From the NCBI GenBank assembly GCA_004431415.1, contig QPMI01000591.1, forward strand, positions 35,535 through 99,534: a DNA stretch of 64,000 bases, read 5' to 3'. Below are positions 38,878 to 50,032 of the stretch, in pieces. Made by a program: the position numbers and the translations under genes. Position 1 is the stretch's first letter, and every line of letters starts with the position of its first letter. The notes below the pieces were generated by a model, which was not told where the DNA came from, did not search any database, and saw only the letters and a program-made list of their open reading frames with translations. The DNA is from Cyanophora paradoxa CCMP329 (taxonomy: Eukaryota; Plantae; Glaucophyta).

Positions 38878-40700
38878 CTACCAGGCGGAGGCGCGCGGGG
38901 GCACGCGGGCCTGGGCGGTCGCCTGCTCCTTGCGGATCGCCTGCGCGCGCTGCACGTGCCCGTAGAGGCGCCGCGCCCGCCAGCCCAGCCCCGGGTCGAT
39001 GGACCGGTCCTTGGGCGCCGGCGGCACGGCCGGAGGCGCCTCGGCCGCTGGCGCGAGCGACTGGGCCGAGGCAGAGCGGCGGACGAGGTCCACGAAGGTG
39101 CGGGCCCCGCCCTCCGCGAAGACGGCGGAGGACTGGAGGGGCGCCGGCCCCTCCCCGTCGCCCCCGCCGGCTCCCCCGCCGGAGAGGTCGGCGAGGGAGG
39201 AGCCGCCGCGCGCGTGTGTCGCGATCGACTGGCGCATGACGCCGGCCGCCGCCGTCGGGCGCGCCCGCGAGGCCCGCATCCCGTCCCCCTTCCGGTTCGG
39301 CAGCGAGGTCGACGCCTGCAAGGAAATTAAAGCGGTCAGACGCGAATTCGAGGGGAAATTCGGAGGGGCGGGTTTGAGCTTGGGCGCACGGTCAGGGTGC
39401 CCGGGGAGACAGCGAGGGCCTCCGGGGCGAGCTTGGCCGGCTGCGCGCTCCACAGGCGCCCGCCCGGCGCCGAGTGCAGGTGCCGCATCCCCGTCGCCAG
39501 CTGCGCGCGCGGAGCGTTCAAAGGAGAAAGAAAGGCGCTGTCGCCAGTGGGTGCAGGCGGACCATGCGGTGGCGCTCGGATTCGGCCTCTGCCTCCAGCA
39601 GGCCGCCGGCCTCGCCGACGAGGCCGGCGGGGGCGGTCGAGGGCCGCGCGGCGAGGGCGCCCTCGAGCAGCGCCGAGGCGGAGGCGGAGGAGGCGACGAC
39701 GGCGCCTGCGGCGGCCGCCATGTGGAGCGGGTGCGAGAGGATCCCGTGCCGCGGCGGCGAGGCCGGCGCCGACCGCGGCGGCGGCGACGGCGTGCGGGAC
39801 GAGGGCGACTCGGACCGCGGGCGCGGGGCCGGCGCCCAGCCGGCCTCGCCCTCGCCGCGCCGCAGCCGGACGCCCGGCGTCGGGCCCGTCTGTACATGAT
39901 CCCGGTCCCAGGCGCGGAGCGGGCCGCCCCGCGCGCGCGTGTAGCGCACGGCGGCGGCGGGCGGCGGCCGGACGCCCCACTGGGCCTCCGCGCGGCCGCC
40001 CCGCGCCGGCTGCGGCTGCGGCAGCGGGGTCGCCAGGCCCGATTGCGGGGCCGAGTCCCCGCCCCAGGCGGCGACCGAGCCGTGGCCCAGCGTCGACCGC
40101 TCGCTGTGCAGCAGCTCCGCAGCAAAGGCAGAGGCCGCGGCGACTGCGGCCGCAGCGGCTATGGCGGTGTCCGCGGCGGAGGCTGGCGCCGCGCCGTCGA
40201 CGGAGGGGAGGCGGGCGCGGACGACGCGGGGCCGCGCCCACTCTGCCCCCTCCGCCCCGGCCGCCCCGCCATCCTCCGAATCGGACGAGGCGCGGGGCGA
40301 CTGGGACCGGAGCGAGCGGATCGATATCTCGATGATCAGATCTCGGCCGCCCCGCCACGCTCGCCTGCGGATCTCGATGATCAGTTCGTGGAATGAGCTT
40401 AATTATAATGGGCCATGTCGATTTAACGTGGCATGGAGTCCGGCTATTAACTAGGCCCCGATCGACCGCCCACACGCACCGCCGGCGTCGGGATCTCGAT
40501 CGTGAGCTCCTCCGGCCTCCGCCGCGCGCCGCCGCCGGCGTCCCCCTCCGAAGAAGGCTCGCCCGAGGGCGTCGGCGGCTGCGCCGAGGGCGTGGGGGGG
40601 AAGAGCCCGCCGGGGGTACCTACGTCCACCGCGGAGGCGGGCGCCGACGCGGTCCGGCGTGCGCGCGCCGGCGCGCCGGATCGATGCCTGCACAGAAGAA
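38878..40700 (-). CDS. Low-complexity Ala/Pro/Ser-rich multi-exon protein, function unknown (possible further upstream exons to ~42.3 kb)
   Basis: Exon-like frames ...SEGDAGGGARRRPEELTIEIPTP, ...LLEAEAESERHRMVRLHPL and a terminal exon ...DPGLGWRARRLYGHVQRAQAIRKEQATAQARVPPRASAW*. Confidence 0.45.
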
Positions 40701-40710
40701 GAAGCTTCTC

Positions 40711-40758
40711 ATCAGAAAGCTCAGAAGAAAGCTCAGAAGAAAGCTCAGAAGAAAGCTC
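40711..40758. repeat. 12-bp tandem repeat (TCAGAAGAAAGC)n
   Basis: About 3-4 copies visible. Confidence 0.8.
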
Positions 40759-43335
40759 ACGGTCGTAGCCCACCCTTCTCGTAGCCCACACAGGGCCACA
40801 CTTCTCCTCCTCACCTGAGTTGCCTCCTCTCGGCAATTGGAGAGCTCCTGAGTCCTGAGAGCCCCAAAACAACTCTCGCCGGCGGGGGATCGAAACATTT
40901 TCGTGTTCGTAAAAAATGTTTCCGCGGCCGGCGCGGGGGGCTCGAAACATTTTTCGTGTTCGTAAAAACAGAGTTTCCGATTTATAGCCGTCCAACGGGG
41001 ATTCGAACCATTTTTCAGGCGCCGGCCGGATCGAGCCGCCGGACGGACTCGATTGTTTGAACGATTCGAGCTCGAGGGTCCTACGAGCTCAAGGGGCAGT
41101 GAACTTCCGAACTACGATCGCGAGCTCGAGGGGCAAGTTCCCGGGCAACATCGATGTTTTGTAGAAAACTTGAGAGCTAATTATAAAACCAGAACGAACC
41201 CTATGTACACGCTTTTTTGAAACTGACAGCGCGCTAATCATGTGGACTACTCATGTCACGAGTCATGTGGGAGTTAAAATCTTCCGGAGTTCGAGCCTGC
41301 ATTATATAATTATGGGCAATTTATGGCTCTGAGGCTCGCTCGCCGTCTGCGATTATTATTATGGGCGAATTTTGGCTCGCCTTCGAATTCTGCAGCAGGC
41401 CGCGCACGCAGCCGACTAGTACTCGCTTTCGACTAGTACTCGACATCGAGCTAGCGCGCGCTCTTGTAGTGCTCCTGTTGCATATATATATATATATATA
41501 TAGCCCGTCGTATAAAGGGCGTTCGTCCTACCGATTCTAACATTCTGCTCTTCGGTTCTCAAAGCCAGGTGCGCTCGAGTGATGTGAGTCAAGTCCTTGA
41601 GCTCCTCAGGAGGAGGTCGTCGGGTTCTCCAGATCTAGATCTAGATCTAGAGCTGCCAGGCTGCGATTTTCACTGACTTCGGTGGCCGCTTCTGCAGTCG
41701 TCGTCCTCAGAAACCTTTCGTCTGTCACCATGGGCAGTGCGTAATTTCTTGCGTATACGCATGAATTCGAATGGGCTTGCTGGCTTTCGGAGTGCGCTGA
41801 CTTGAATCTGTTCGCATAACCTTCTCCCGATCCCCTGCTCCGGCGAGAACAGACAGTGCGCGCTCATGCTACACACCTTTCACAATGCCTCGCAGTCGTC
41901 GTTATAATTAATCGTCTGACTGAAAACAGCCAGCACCTGCTATGCCAACCGCGACTGCGCGGGTTCGACGGTCGGCGAAAGCATGGGCACAATCGACATC
42001 ACCGCAGATTATTGCAGGTCCACTCTGGGCGGAAAGTCCATGTTCTACGACGGGGATTTTAAATGCCATAACCTTCAACTCGACGGCGACAGCCAGGCAT
42101 GTGCACGCGCGCGCTCGGCTTCGAGACCCTGACTGATTCAAACGCAGATTGTGAGTGCCGAGGACGAGTTCGCAGCCTTGGACGACGAGGAGGCGGCCGA
42201 GCTCGAGATCACGGTCCGTGCAGCACCGCTTTAATTCGAGTTTGCGATCGCAATCTGACGGAAGTGACGCGCGCGACGTTCAGGCGGACGCCCAGCTGGA
42301 GGCTGTCGACGCCGAAATGATCGCCCAGTAATTATAATCTCCTGCGCGTGCAAACTCGTGCAAACTCCCGCGGTACGCATGCGCTCTCTCTGATTGCAGC
42401 AGCACTCCGTGATGCGTTAATTCGCAGATGCCAAGGGCTCCGACGGTTTCAGCAACTCAACTCAGATGCCAAGGGCTCCGACGGTTTCAGCCATGAGGGT
42501 CCTCTATATAGCTAGATATAGCTGCACTTCGATGTGTACATGTGAGCCTTCTGGCTTGTGAGAAAGTGAGGATCGCGGTGATTTTGTATTGGCACAATTA
42601 CGATGCTCCGGGGATCGCGCACGTGGCTTAGACTTGATGCAGTGTGTTTATCAATGATCAGGGAAAGGAAGGAGAAGGGTTCTGAAATCACCGGTGGACT
42701 CGTCGGGAGAGGTGCCTCTTCGTTTGTGATTTTCCAGTGGATTTGATCATGAGAAATCATGGTTTTCTGTCCTCGGTCACTGTTGCTTTAAAATTCCATG
42801 TTTCCGTTCTTTGAGATTCGTCACAGGTCAAGTGCGTAATCGTGTCGACGTCTCTCGAGCTCTCCACAGTTGTTTTTCGCAAAAGCCCATATGGGCATTG
42901 ATTCGGATTCGAACACAGGATCCAACCGGCGGACATGGGCCGCTCGGCTGTTGTACGTGGATGGACCCCGCTTACGGCCACTTCGCTTCGCTCCGGGCCG
43001 CGGTTCCATCCACATTTAGCGTCTTCCCCTCACTAGATCGATCTGATTTTGCCGTGCGTGTACCAAAATCGTTTTACACGTTTCCCTCTGCTATTACGTG
43101 CCGGAGGGCGTGTGCGTGGGTACCTTAGGGGTTGAAAAATAAAATTCGATTTAGCTTCGAGGAGGTAGCTAACGGGAGAGCCTTTGAGGCTGATTGGGAA
43201 TTCACTTTAGGGTATGAGCTTAGGCATTCTAGTGTCCACTGAGAGGCCGAAGGCAGGAAGCCATCTTGGCTGCCGCCGCACTAGAAATTCCCGGTTCAAT
43301 TTTGAAGGGTGATCATGACTGCTCTCGGCTAGCTG

Positions 43336-43665
43336 ATGTCGTTTCTTTTTTCAAAAGCAAACAAAAGGATGTCAAGGCCGCCTCAGCAAGCCTTCAAGCA
43401 TCCTGATATAGATGGTACGTTATTGACGGCGTCCGAGGTCTCTGGTAGTGCACACCGGGCGGTGCGGGATCTTCTACGTGCTGAAGAATTTCGTGTTCAG
43501 CTTCACGGTTGGCGCTGTTGCTGTCATGATCACCACCAAAGGAAAGGTCAAGATCCGCTGTGCAACAATGCGACTGTAGGCGAGCATGTGAATGGAAGTG
43601 ACGCAGCAACTCAAACACTCCTGCAAGACATGAGGCCATTATCAGAGGTCTCGGCAAATAATTAG
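43336..43665 (+). CDS. Small viral hypothetical protein
   Basis: 109-aa ATG ORF converging on the first fibre gene with a 9-bp gap; no motif recognised. Confidence 0.35.
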   Translation: MSFLFSKANKRMSRPPQQAFKHPDIDGTLLTASEVSGSAHRAVRDLLRAEEFRVQLHGWRCCCHDHHQRKGQDPLCNNATVGEHVNGSDAATQTLLQDMRPLSEVSANN

Positions 43666-43674
43666 GGATATTCT

Positions 43675-44508
43675 CTACGGGGCAGTATCCTGTCCGAAAA
43701 TGGGGAAGTACCTATTAGTGCCGTAGTACTCCGCATAGGTATTCTGCCTTGCGATAGCATCGGTTCTTTCTGCATAGAGAATGCATTTATAAATACCGAA
43801 TTTTGTAGCTCTCACCAAGAACTGGTAGTCTTCAAGGCCGAAATTTACACCATGATAAGCGATCCCGAAATTATCATATGGAGTAATCACCACAGCAATG
43901 TTTGGGGTTCCACCCTCTACTTGACAGACAGCGTAGACGTCTGGAGGGATATCAACAACCACCTTGTAGTGGTCACCAATTTCCACAAGAGAATCAACTA
44001 CTGATGTCTGCTCATTAACAACGATTGGGAAGATCTTTATAATATATGGTGCATTCATACTTGGCAAATAGGTTCGAATTCTCGTGTTAGGATCAATAGG
44101 GTTTGGTTGATCATTAACAAAGAGAGGAGCACCAACAGCTCCACCAACCCGCAAACCATCACCAATATATGCTCCCCCCGTCTTGCAGTTAATAGCTCCT
44201 GACCTAGACTCGAAAGAATAAGTCGAAAGAGGGGCGCCATAACTGTCTGGATCACCATAATGGGCACTAAAATTCGCATTAGTTACAAGTAATTTCGTGG
44301 TCTTAACTATACCATTATTTTTATCGCACCTGAGTTCCTGCAATCTCAGTTTATGGGTGGAACCGAAGGTGTTCATCGTAGGTTGAACCTCTGTTGATTG
44401 CAGACCTTCTACATCATCGAAAGTAGCATGCTGCAGAACGTGGTTAGCTGGTGCAGCTAATGAAAGCTGTGCTGTAACAATACGCTCAATTGGAGGTGGT
44501 TCAGCCAT
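43675..44508 (-). CDS. Fibre/spike-like protein, paralog 1
   Basis: 277 aa; shares the N-terminal module SLxxPAxHxxQH...LRLQELRCDKNNGIVKTTKLLVTNANF...GGAYIGDGLRVGG with its neighbours; beta-rich C-terminus. Confidence 0.65.
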   Translation of the reverse strand: MAEPPPIERIVTAQLSLAAPANHVLQHATFDDVEGLQSTEVQPTMNTFGSTHKLRLQELRCDKNNGIVKTTKLLVTNANFSAHYGDPDSYGAPLSTYSFESRSGAINCKTGGAYIGDGLRVGGAVGAPLFVNDQPNPIDPNTRIRTYLPSMNAPYIIKIFPIVVNEQTSVVDSLVEIGDHYKVVVDIPPDVYAVCQVEGGTPNIAVVITPYDNFGIAYHGVNFGLEDYQFLVRATKFGIYKCILYAERTDAIARQNTYAEYYGTNRYFPIFGQDTAP

Positions 44509-44532
44509 TTATATTAAACATATATATATATT

Positions 44533-45378
44533 TTAGGGAGTGGGGTCATCGATCACATCTGGTTCCTGGTAAAACCCTGATACTGAAAGAGTATCAGGAG
44601 TAACACCTCTGAGAACTGAAACAGCTGCTATATCTGTTCTCAAACCGATAATTGTTATAGTATATTTGCCAATGTCTGTAACAAACAAATCGTAAGTGAA
44701 ATTATTGTTATAAACACAGAAGCCTGTGCCGAAATGATCATATCCCTGCACACTGAAATAGTACCTGTGACCTGGCTGGTTGTTGTTGGCTCTACATAAA
44801 GAGAGCATGGCGTTTGGAATGGCGAGACCTCTCATTACTCTTTTGGTTCCTTCAATTAGTTCAGAGGTTGCAAGTGTAACTGTATAACCTACGTAAAATT
44901 GAACAAATGGTTGCTGTGCAACAGGTGTATATAATCTAATACGCTGTGGATTCTCTACATTTTGATCGAGAGTATCAGGGACATCATTAAACGAAACAGA
45001 TGAAGAGAGTTGACCGGATACACGGCAACCTCCACCAATAAAAGCACCGCCTGAACGAATTGTAGCAGCAGCAGTGTTTTTATCGAAATCAAGAGCTTTC
45101 AGATTTACACTGTAAGCATCAGGGCCTCCATTGGTAGGTTGAAAGAAGTTGGCATTAGTCACAAGAAGTCGAGTTGTTTTAACCACACCTGAGTTTTTGT
45201 CGGCTCGAAGTTCTTTAACTCGAATAATCGAATTCTTATCAAAGGAGTTACCATTGGAATTGGGTCTCTCTGTGGATTCTAATCCACGAACCTCATCATT
45301 TACTTCATGCTGGCGAAAGTGCATAGCAGGGGATCCAAGGGAATATATTGGAAGTTGAACTCGATTATATTCACCCAT
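44533..45378 (-). CDS. Fibre/spike-like protein, paralog 2
   Basis: 281 aa; same module (IRVKELRADKNSGVVKTTRLLVTNANF...GGAFIGGGCRVSG); C-terminus distantly similar to paralog 1 (YD(N/H)FG, GxY, RTD). Confidence 0.65.
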   Translation of the reverse strand: MGEYNRVQLPIYSLGSPAMHFRQHEVNDEVRGLESTERPNSNGNSFDKNSIIRVKELRADKNSGVVKTTRLLVTNANFFQPTNGGPDAYSVNLKALDFDKNTAAATIRSGGAFIGGGCRVSGQLSSSVSFNDVPDTLDQNVENPQRIRLYTPVAQQPFVQFYVGYTVTLATSELIEGTKRVMRGLAIPNAMLSLCRANNNQPGHRYYFSVQGYDHFGTGFCVYNNNFTYDLFVTDIGKYTITIIGLRTDIAAVSVLRGVTPDTLSVSGFYQEPDVIDDPTP

Positions 45379-45509
45379 TGCTTCTTTTACTAAGAAGGAA
45401 AGAAAAATAAACGACTTTCAAGAAGGACATGCAAGATACATGCCTTTCTTATGCATGATCTATGAAAAATAACAATTAACCCATCTCTCATTCTTCGAAT
45501 TCGAGTTCT

Positions 45510-45773
45510 TTACATAGGAGCACTCACAGGAATTTCGCTTGCCTTTCGAACAGTCCCCCTTGCAAACGCTTGCTCTACAATCGCTTCCTTTGTGAGTGGA
45601 ATCGGAATTCCAGCGGCAATACACGATTTAACTTCTTTGTCCACAATCTCATCAATCGCAATTCTCGCCCGATTATGAGCAGCATTATCGATCCAATCCT
45701 GAACAGAGTAGGCACAGTATTCCATTCCCAGTTTTTCAGTATCAGTTAGAACCACTTGGTAGATGTTCGACAT
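45510..45773 (-). CDS. Small phage-type protein of the kind found next to C1q tail fibres
   Basis: 87 aa, LTDTEKLGMEYCAYSVQDWIDNAAHNRARIAIDEIV...IPLTKEAIVEQAF. From memory it resembles small proteins downstream of fibre genes in aquatic tailed phages; not verified by search. Confidence 0.6.
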   Translation of the reverse strand: MSNIYQVVLTDTEKLGMEYCAYSVQDWIDNAAHNRARIAIDEIVDKEVKSCIAAGIPIPLTKEAIVEQAFARGTVRKASEIPVSAPM

Positions 45774-45794
45774 TTATTATAGCAAAACATTTTA

Positions 45795-46750
45795 TTATAC
45801 TGCATAAATTAATGCAACACAGAAACTCTGTTGACTTGCGATAATTGATGCTGTCCCTTGGGACACAGCAACATCAAAGTAATCGCCCGAATTGGCTTTA
45901 AATGTTGCACAAGGGCTTCCTCCTTGTGTTGAAGTTGTTTTTATACTCAAAAGACTTAAAAATGTAGATGAACCGTTGTGTCGACACACAACATCACAGG
46001 TAGATGAATCAGCATATGCACCAAAAGATACAACATACATCCCAGCCACAGGGCATGTGAAAATACCAGTAGCTGAATTATAGCATCCCCCAACATTGTA
46101 GTAAATGTTTGCCCATTTGATCACCTGACCAGCTGTATAAGCAGTAGATGTTGCATGATAAACACGACATGATGGGTAAAAATTAGCCTTCAAATATTTA
46201 GTATCCGCCAAACTGAGACCAGAAGTTGTGATGGTGGCTATCGTTGTATTATTTCGCTTCAAAACTATATCAGAATCTGCTCCTGAATCGACAGAAGTTG
46301 TTTTCACTCCACCATTTCCTGTCAAGAGACCTGAAAACGTCCCAGTGGTTGCACTCACAGCCCCATAAGAAGTCGCTGTCACTGTCCCATTCACACTCAG
46401 TCCAGTCCCAATCCATGCCCCACCACTGTAAACTTGAAAAGCCGCCGAATTCCTATCAGCCGGATTAAAAGCCGTTTTGGAATCCTGTTGACCTTCATAT
46501 AGATTTTCTTTGGTGACCAGCCCGAAGAGATTGCGGGTCGATTAGATACGATCATTTGAGTAGCTTTAACGACTCCATCAGCCTTGTCAGCTCGGAGTTC
46601 TTTGACTCTGAGTATGCTTTGGTCATTAAAAGAATCGGTTTTCGCTGTCTCAGTCGAAGGGTGGCTTGGAGATAAATCATAAACAGTGTGTTGGACATTG
46701 TGGACAGCACTTGCACTCAAAGAAAACACAGGCGTGAATACAGTTGTCAT
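45795..46750 (-). CDS. Fibre paralog 3 with a C-terminal C1q/TNF-like head (one apparent frameshift near 46510)
   Basis: Shared N-module ILRVKELRADKADGVVKATQMIVSN. Restoring one base gives ...SAAFQVYSGGAWIGTGLSVNG, joined to the C1q signature VIKWANIYYNVGGCYNSATGIFTCPVAGMYVVSF. Confidence 0.8.
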
Positions 46751-46770
46751 CTTTAAATTGCTCTTTATAA

Positions 46771-49700
46771 TTACGTGAGAATATTATTGTTTTGGAGAGG
46801 TCCGACAGCAATCCAATGGAGTTTAAGGGTTCTTTCGTTTTGGGGCACATTCGTATAATTGATGTCCGAGTAACAAGTAAATATAGCAATCCAAGTGAAT
46901 TTATTTTTGAAACCAACACGGTTCCCACTCACAAATTCAGCGGAGATATATATGCTGTTTGTAAAATTGACACTTGTTAAGATAATATCATTTTCGAGAG
47001 TAGCATTAACTATTGGATCACTATTATATGGGTAGAAAATGTAACGGTTCCCGATACTGTGGTAAAATCCCCTTTGTAATAGACTCCGGCAGGAATGACT
47101 ACATTCGCTGTCCCCTGTTGCACATATGCATTTGCATTCACATAATTACCGAAATTCGTAAGCAACTCTATGCTGTGATTGTGAGTAGGTGGCGAAGTGG
47201 GTGTGTTAATTAAATCGTCATAGTTCCCGCTTGTAGCCACAGCATGCAAGTTTGGTGTATTAACGAGATCATTATAGTTTCCACTTGTAGCCACAGCATG
47301 CAAGGTCGGTGCAGTAGGGGTGTTAGTTAAATCATTGTAGTCACCACTTGTAGCCACAGCATGCAAATTCGGTTTAGTAAATAGTCTATCCCATGTCCAT
47401 TGAAAGGGAGTGTAGATTCTGATATAATTACACTTTGATCAATCCAACGAGGTATATAAGTGGTGAAATCGGGAATTCTTGATAAATCATAGTAATCACC
47501 TGTGAATGCTACACTACTCCAAGTTGGCTTCTCCGTAATATCAGTCCATTTACCACTAAATCCTGCCGGGACATCTGTGAGTTCTTTGTAGCTCACCTTT
47601 TGCTTTGGTATGGAGAGTTCAATGGGCGAAAATGCACCTGAAAGGTAATTCTCAGAAGAGAAATACATGAGATTATGGCTGTTTGGGAACACATCCACAA
47701 GATTAAAGGTGAAATTCGTTGGTAATTCGACTCTACTAATTGGAGTGTTTGCATCTAATATATATTCAGCACCTGGGTGAACAACAGGAAATGTCTGAGC
47801 ATTTGGAGTATCAACAAGGAAATTCGGAGCATGAACATCACCTGTGACAGTTCCACCAGTGAGAGGAAGGTAAGCACCCTCCACAGCAATTCCTGCGATG
47901 ATTGTTGCTCCATTGTCTCTCAGATAATCCTCTGTTACCACTCTTGATATGGTCTCATTGTGAATATTCTTTGCTGCTGCCCTCTGATTAATTTCTAAAA
48001 CTCCCTCACCAACTCCACCATTATAATTCGTTTTAATCCATGCAACCTCGCATTGTTTATAGTCATCTCGGTTCCCCAAAAGTGCATCTGGTAACAATCT
48101 CTCTCTGCTGAATATTAATTTCGGTCTTGATGAATCTAAATCACTCACATCAGTAACATTAATTTGGATTGCTGCGTTTTTATCATCATAGTTTGCTGGA
48201 TCAGATGGTAGAGAGATCAATCCTCCTGTCATTGGGATGTCATCTGCATAGTAGCTGGTAAGATAGATACCTGGTTTGGTGTCTTTAATTTCAATACCAC
48301 CACCAAGTCCCAATATTCCATTTCTTGTAGGGGGTCTAATGTATAATTCGCCTTCCATTGTGGTGCCTGCATCGATTCCTTTGCGATTCACATAGTAATC
48401 ATTTAATTGTAATCTTTCTGGTGTGTCTATATTTTGGTAGAGACTTACCCCATTGTTAATATCTCCTAGTAAAACATTACCTGCTGATGCAAAAGTGGGC
48501 TGCTCTCGTATTTCGCTCCAAATATGTAAATGGTCTTCCGGCGGAAACTCAGGTGGTATTCCATCAATATCGCCCCAATCATGCCTGTGATCTTCAGGTG
48601 GATATTTCTCAGGTTTACCTAAGATCTCATCCCAGTCATGGTTGTGATCCTCTGGTGGATATCTCGCGGGTTTATTGTTGATCTGCTCCCAGTCAAGGTA
48701 CATCTCAAAAATCTCAGGTTGTAAACCATCTGGCAATAATTCCTCATGGTGTTCATAAGGCTGCGCATACTCAACAGCAGGAGGCTCGAGGCCATCTGCT
48801 AAATAATCCTCGTGGGGTTCATAGTTCTGTTCATACTCATACTCTTGTGGATCTAAACCATCGGGTAAATACTCTTCCTCATTGGGGTCATATTGATCAT
48901 ATTCATACTCTTGCGGGTCGAAACCGTCAGGTAAATACTCTTCCTCATCTGGGACAAATTGGTATTCTTCAAGCTCTAATATATCGATTTCAGGAGGTAA
49001 ATACTGTTCATCTATTTGCTTTTTCGGTTCGAAGATAGGTTTATTGCGAACTTGCTCCCAACTGACAATATGTTGACCGAAAGGAACTGTTTCATCAGCA
49101 ACTCGCTCTCGACCTGGGCCGTCCGGGGTTGGCGGCTTCGGTAGCCCTGGAAGAGGTGGTATAGGTGGTATAGGGACAATAGGTCCGAAGTAGTAGTTGA
49201 AAATGTTGATCACCTCCTCTTCAGTGCTAACCTTCTTACCATCCTGATAAATATTTGTTCCATGAATATTTCGCCACTGCCTGGTGCGGAGCCCTAGATC
49301 GTAGCTGTCATGCAACGCAGGGAGCAGGTGCCTGTCAGCTTCAATCAGGATAGAGCCCAAGGTGCATCCAGGAATATCTAACCTGGTGGCTGGCTCAGTA
49401 TCGATTTGATTTACATCAAAACCGTATAAAATATTCGCTTCTCGTGCAGCTGTAAAAAGTAGATCCCAGGGAAACGGCTGGATTTGCGATGCTAGCACTG
49501 ATATTCCAGCAGGCGCAGCGTCGCTGTGCGGAGCACAAGTGGCTCCTTGCCTTCGGCTTGTCTGCGACTCTTCGCCAAGGAGAATTCGCCCTGTAATGTG
49601 AGCCGCAGTCTTGTTTGTGACAGCATTGGATTCATCAATTAGACGTAGAGCTGATGTGTGGACCCCTCTATCATTTTGGAGCCTAAAGATTAATCTACCA

Positions 49701-50008
49701 GAATCATATTTGGAAACTGTGCCTGAGGAGGCAATTCGCAGGTGCCGCGGCAACGCCCTGGATCCGATTATTTCAGCAACATAATTCTCAGCTGGACCCA
49801 GACAAAATCTCTGTGCAATATCTGGGGCGCCAACATGTGCGTTGCGCAGAATTAATGCAGCTGGGCGATTAAACTCAGTCTGGTGTATATCTTTGTCAGC
49901 ATTGTAGTCAATTAGAGTACTCCCAAATACGCGAATATTTATATGCCGATCATCCACAAAATCTGGAGCTTTACGAAGTGGTACTGGCTTCTTCAAGATG
50001 TAGGACAT
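46771..50008 (-). CDS. Long tail-fibre-like protein (~1080 aa; two apparent frameshifts near 47405 and 47030)
   Basis: Pro-rich hinge; acidic EEYLPDGxxPQEYEY repeats; phage fibre repeats HxHDWxxIxGKP/PPED and HAVATSGxYxDLxNTP; YLPLTGGTVTG; C-terminal QQG...SGTVTFSTPY...LHWIAVG (gp53/H-lectin-like fibre tip) in the restored frame. Confidence 0.8.
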
Positions 50009-50032
50009 TTTTATATAAGCCCCCTTTTAAAA

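Noticed and set aside
38878-40475. Long overlapping ORFs (465, 415, 379 aa) as separate genes
   Set aside because: Arg/Gly/Pro-rich shadow frames of a GC-rich minus-strand gene.
41413-41502. Left TIR of the virus (GACTAGTACTCG twice plus (TA)n)
   Set aside because: Only short-word similarity to the 63.3-kb tract; no extended reverse-complement match.
43239-43262. Hammerhead ribozyme (CTGAGAGGCCGAAGGCAGGAAG resembles CUGAUGA-GGCCGAAAGGCC-GAAA)
   Set aside because: The core lacks the N of CUGANGA and the GAAA, and the other motif copies have no such core.
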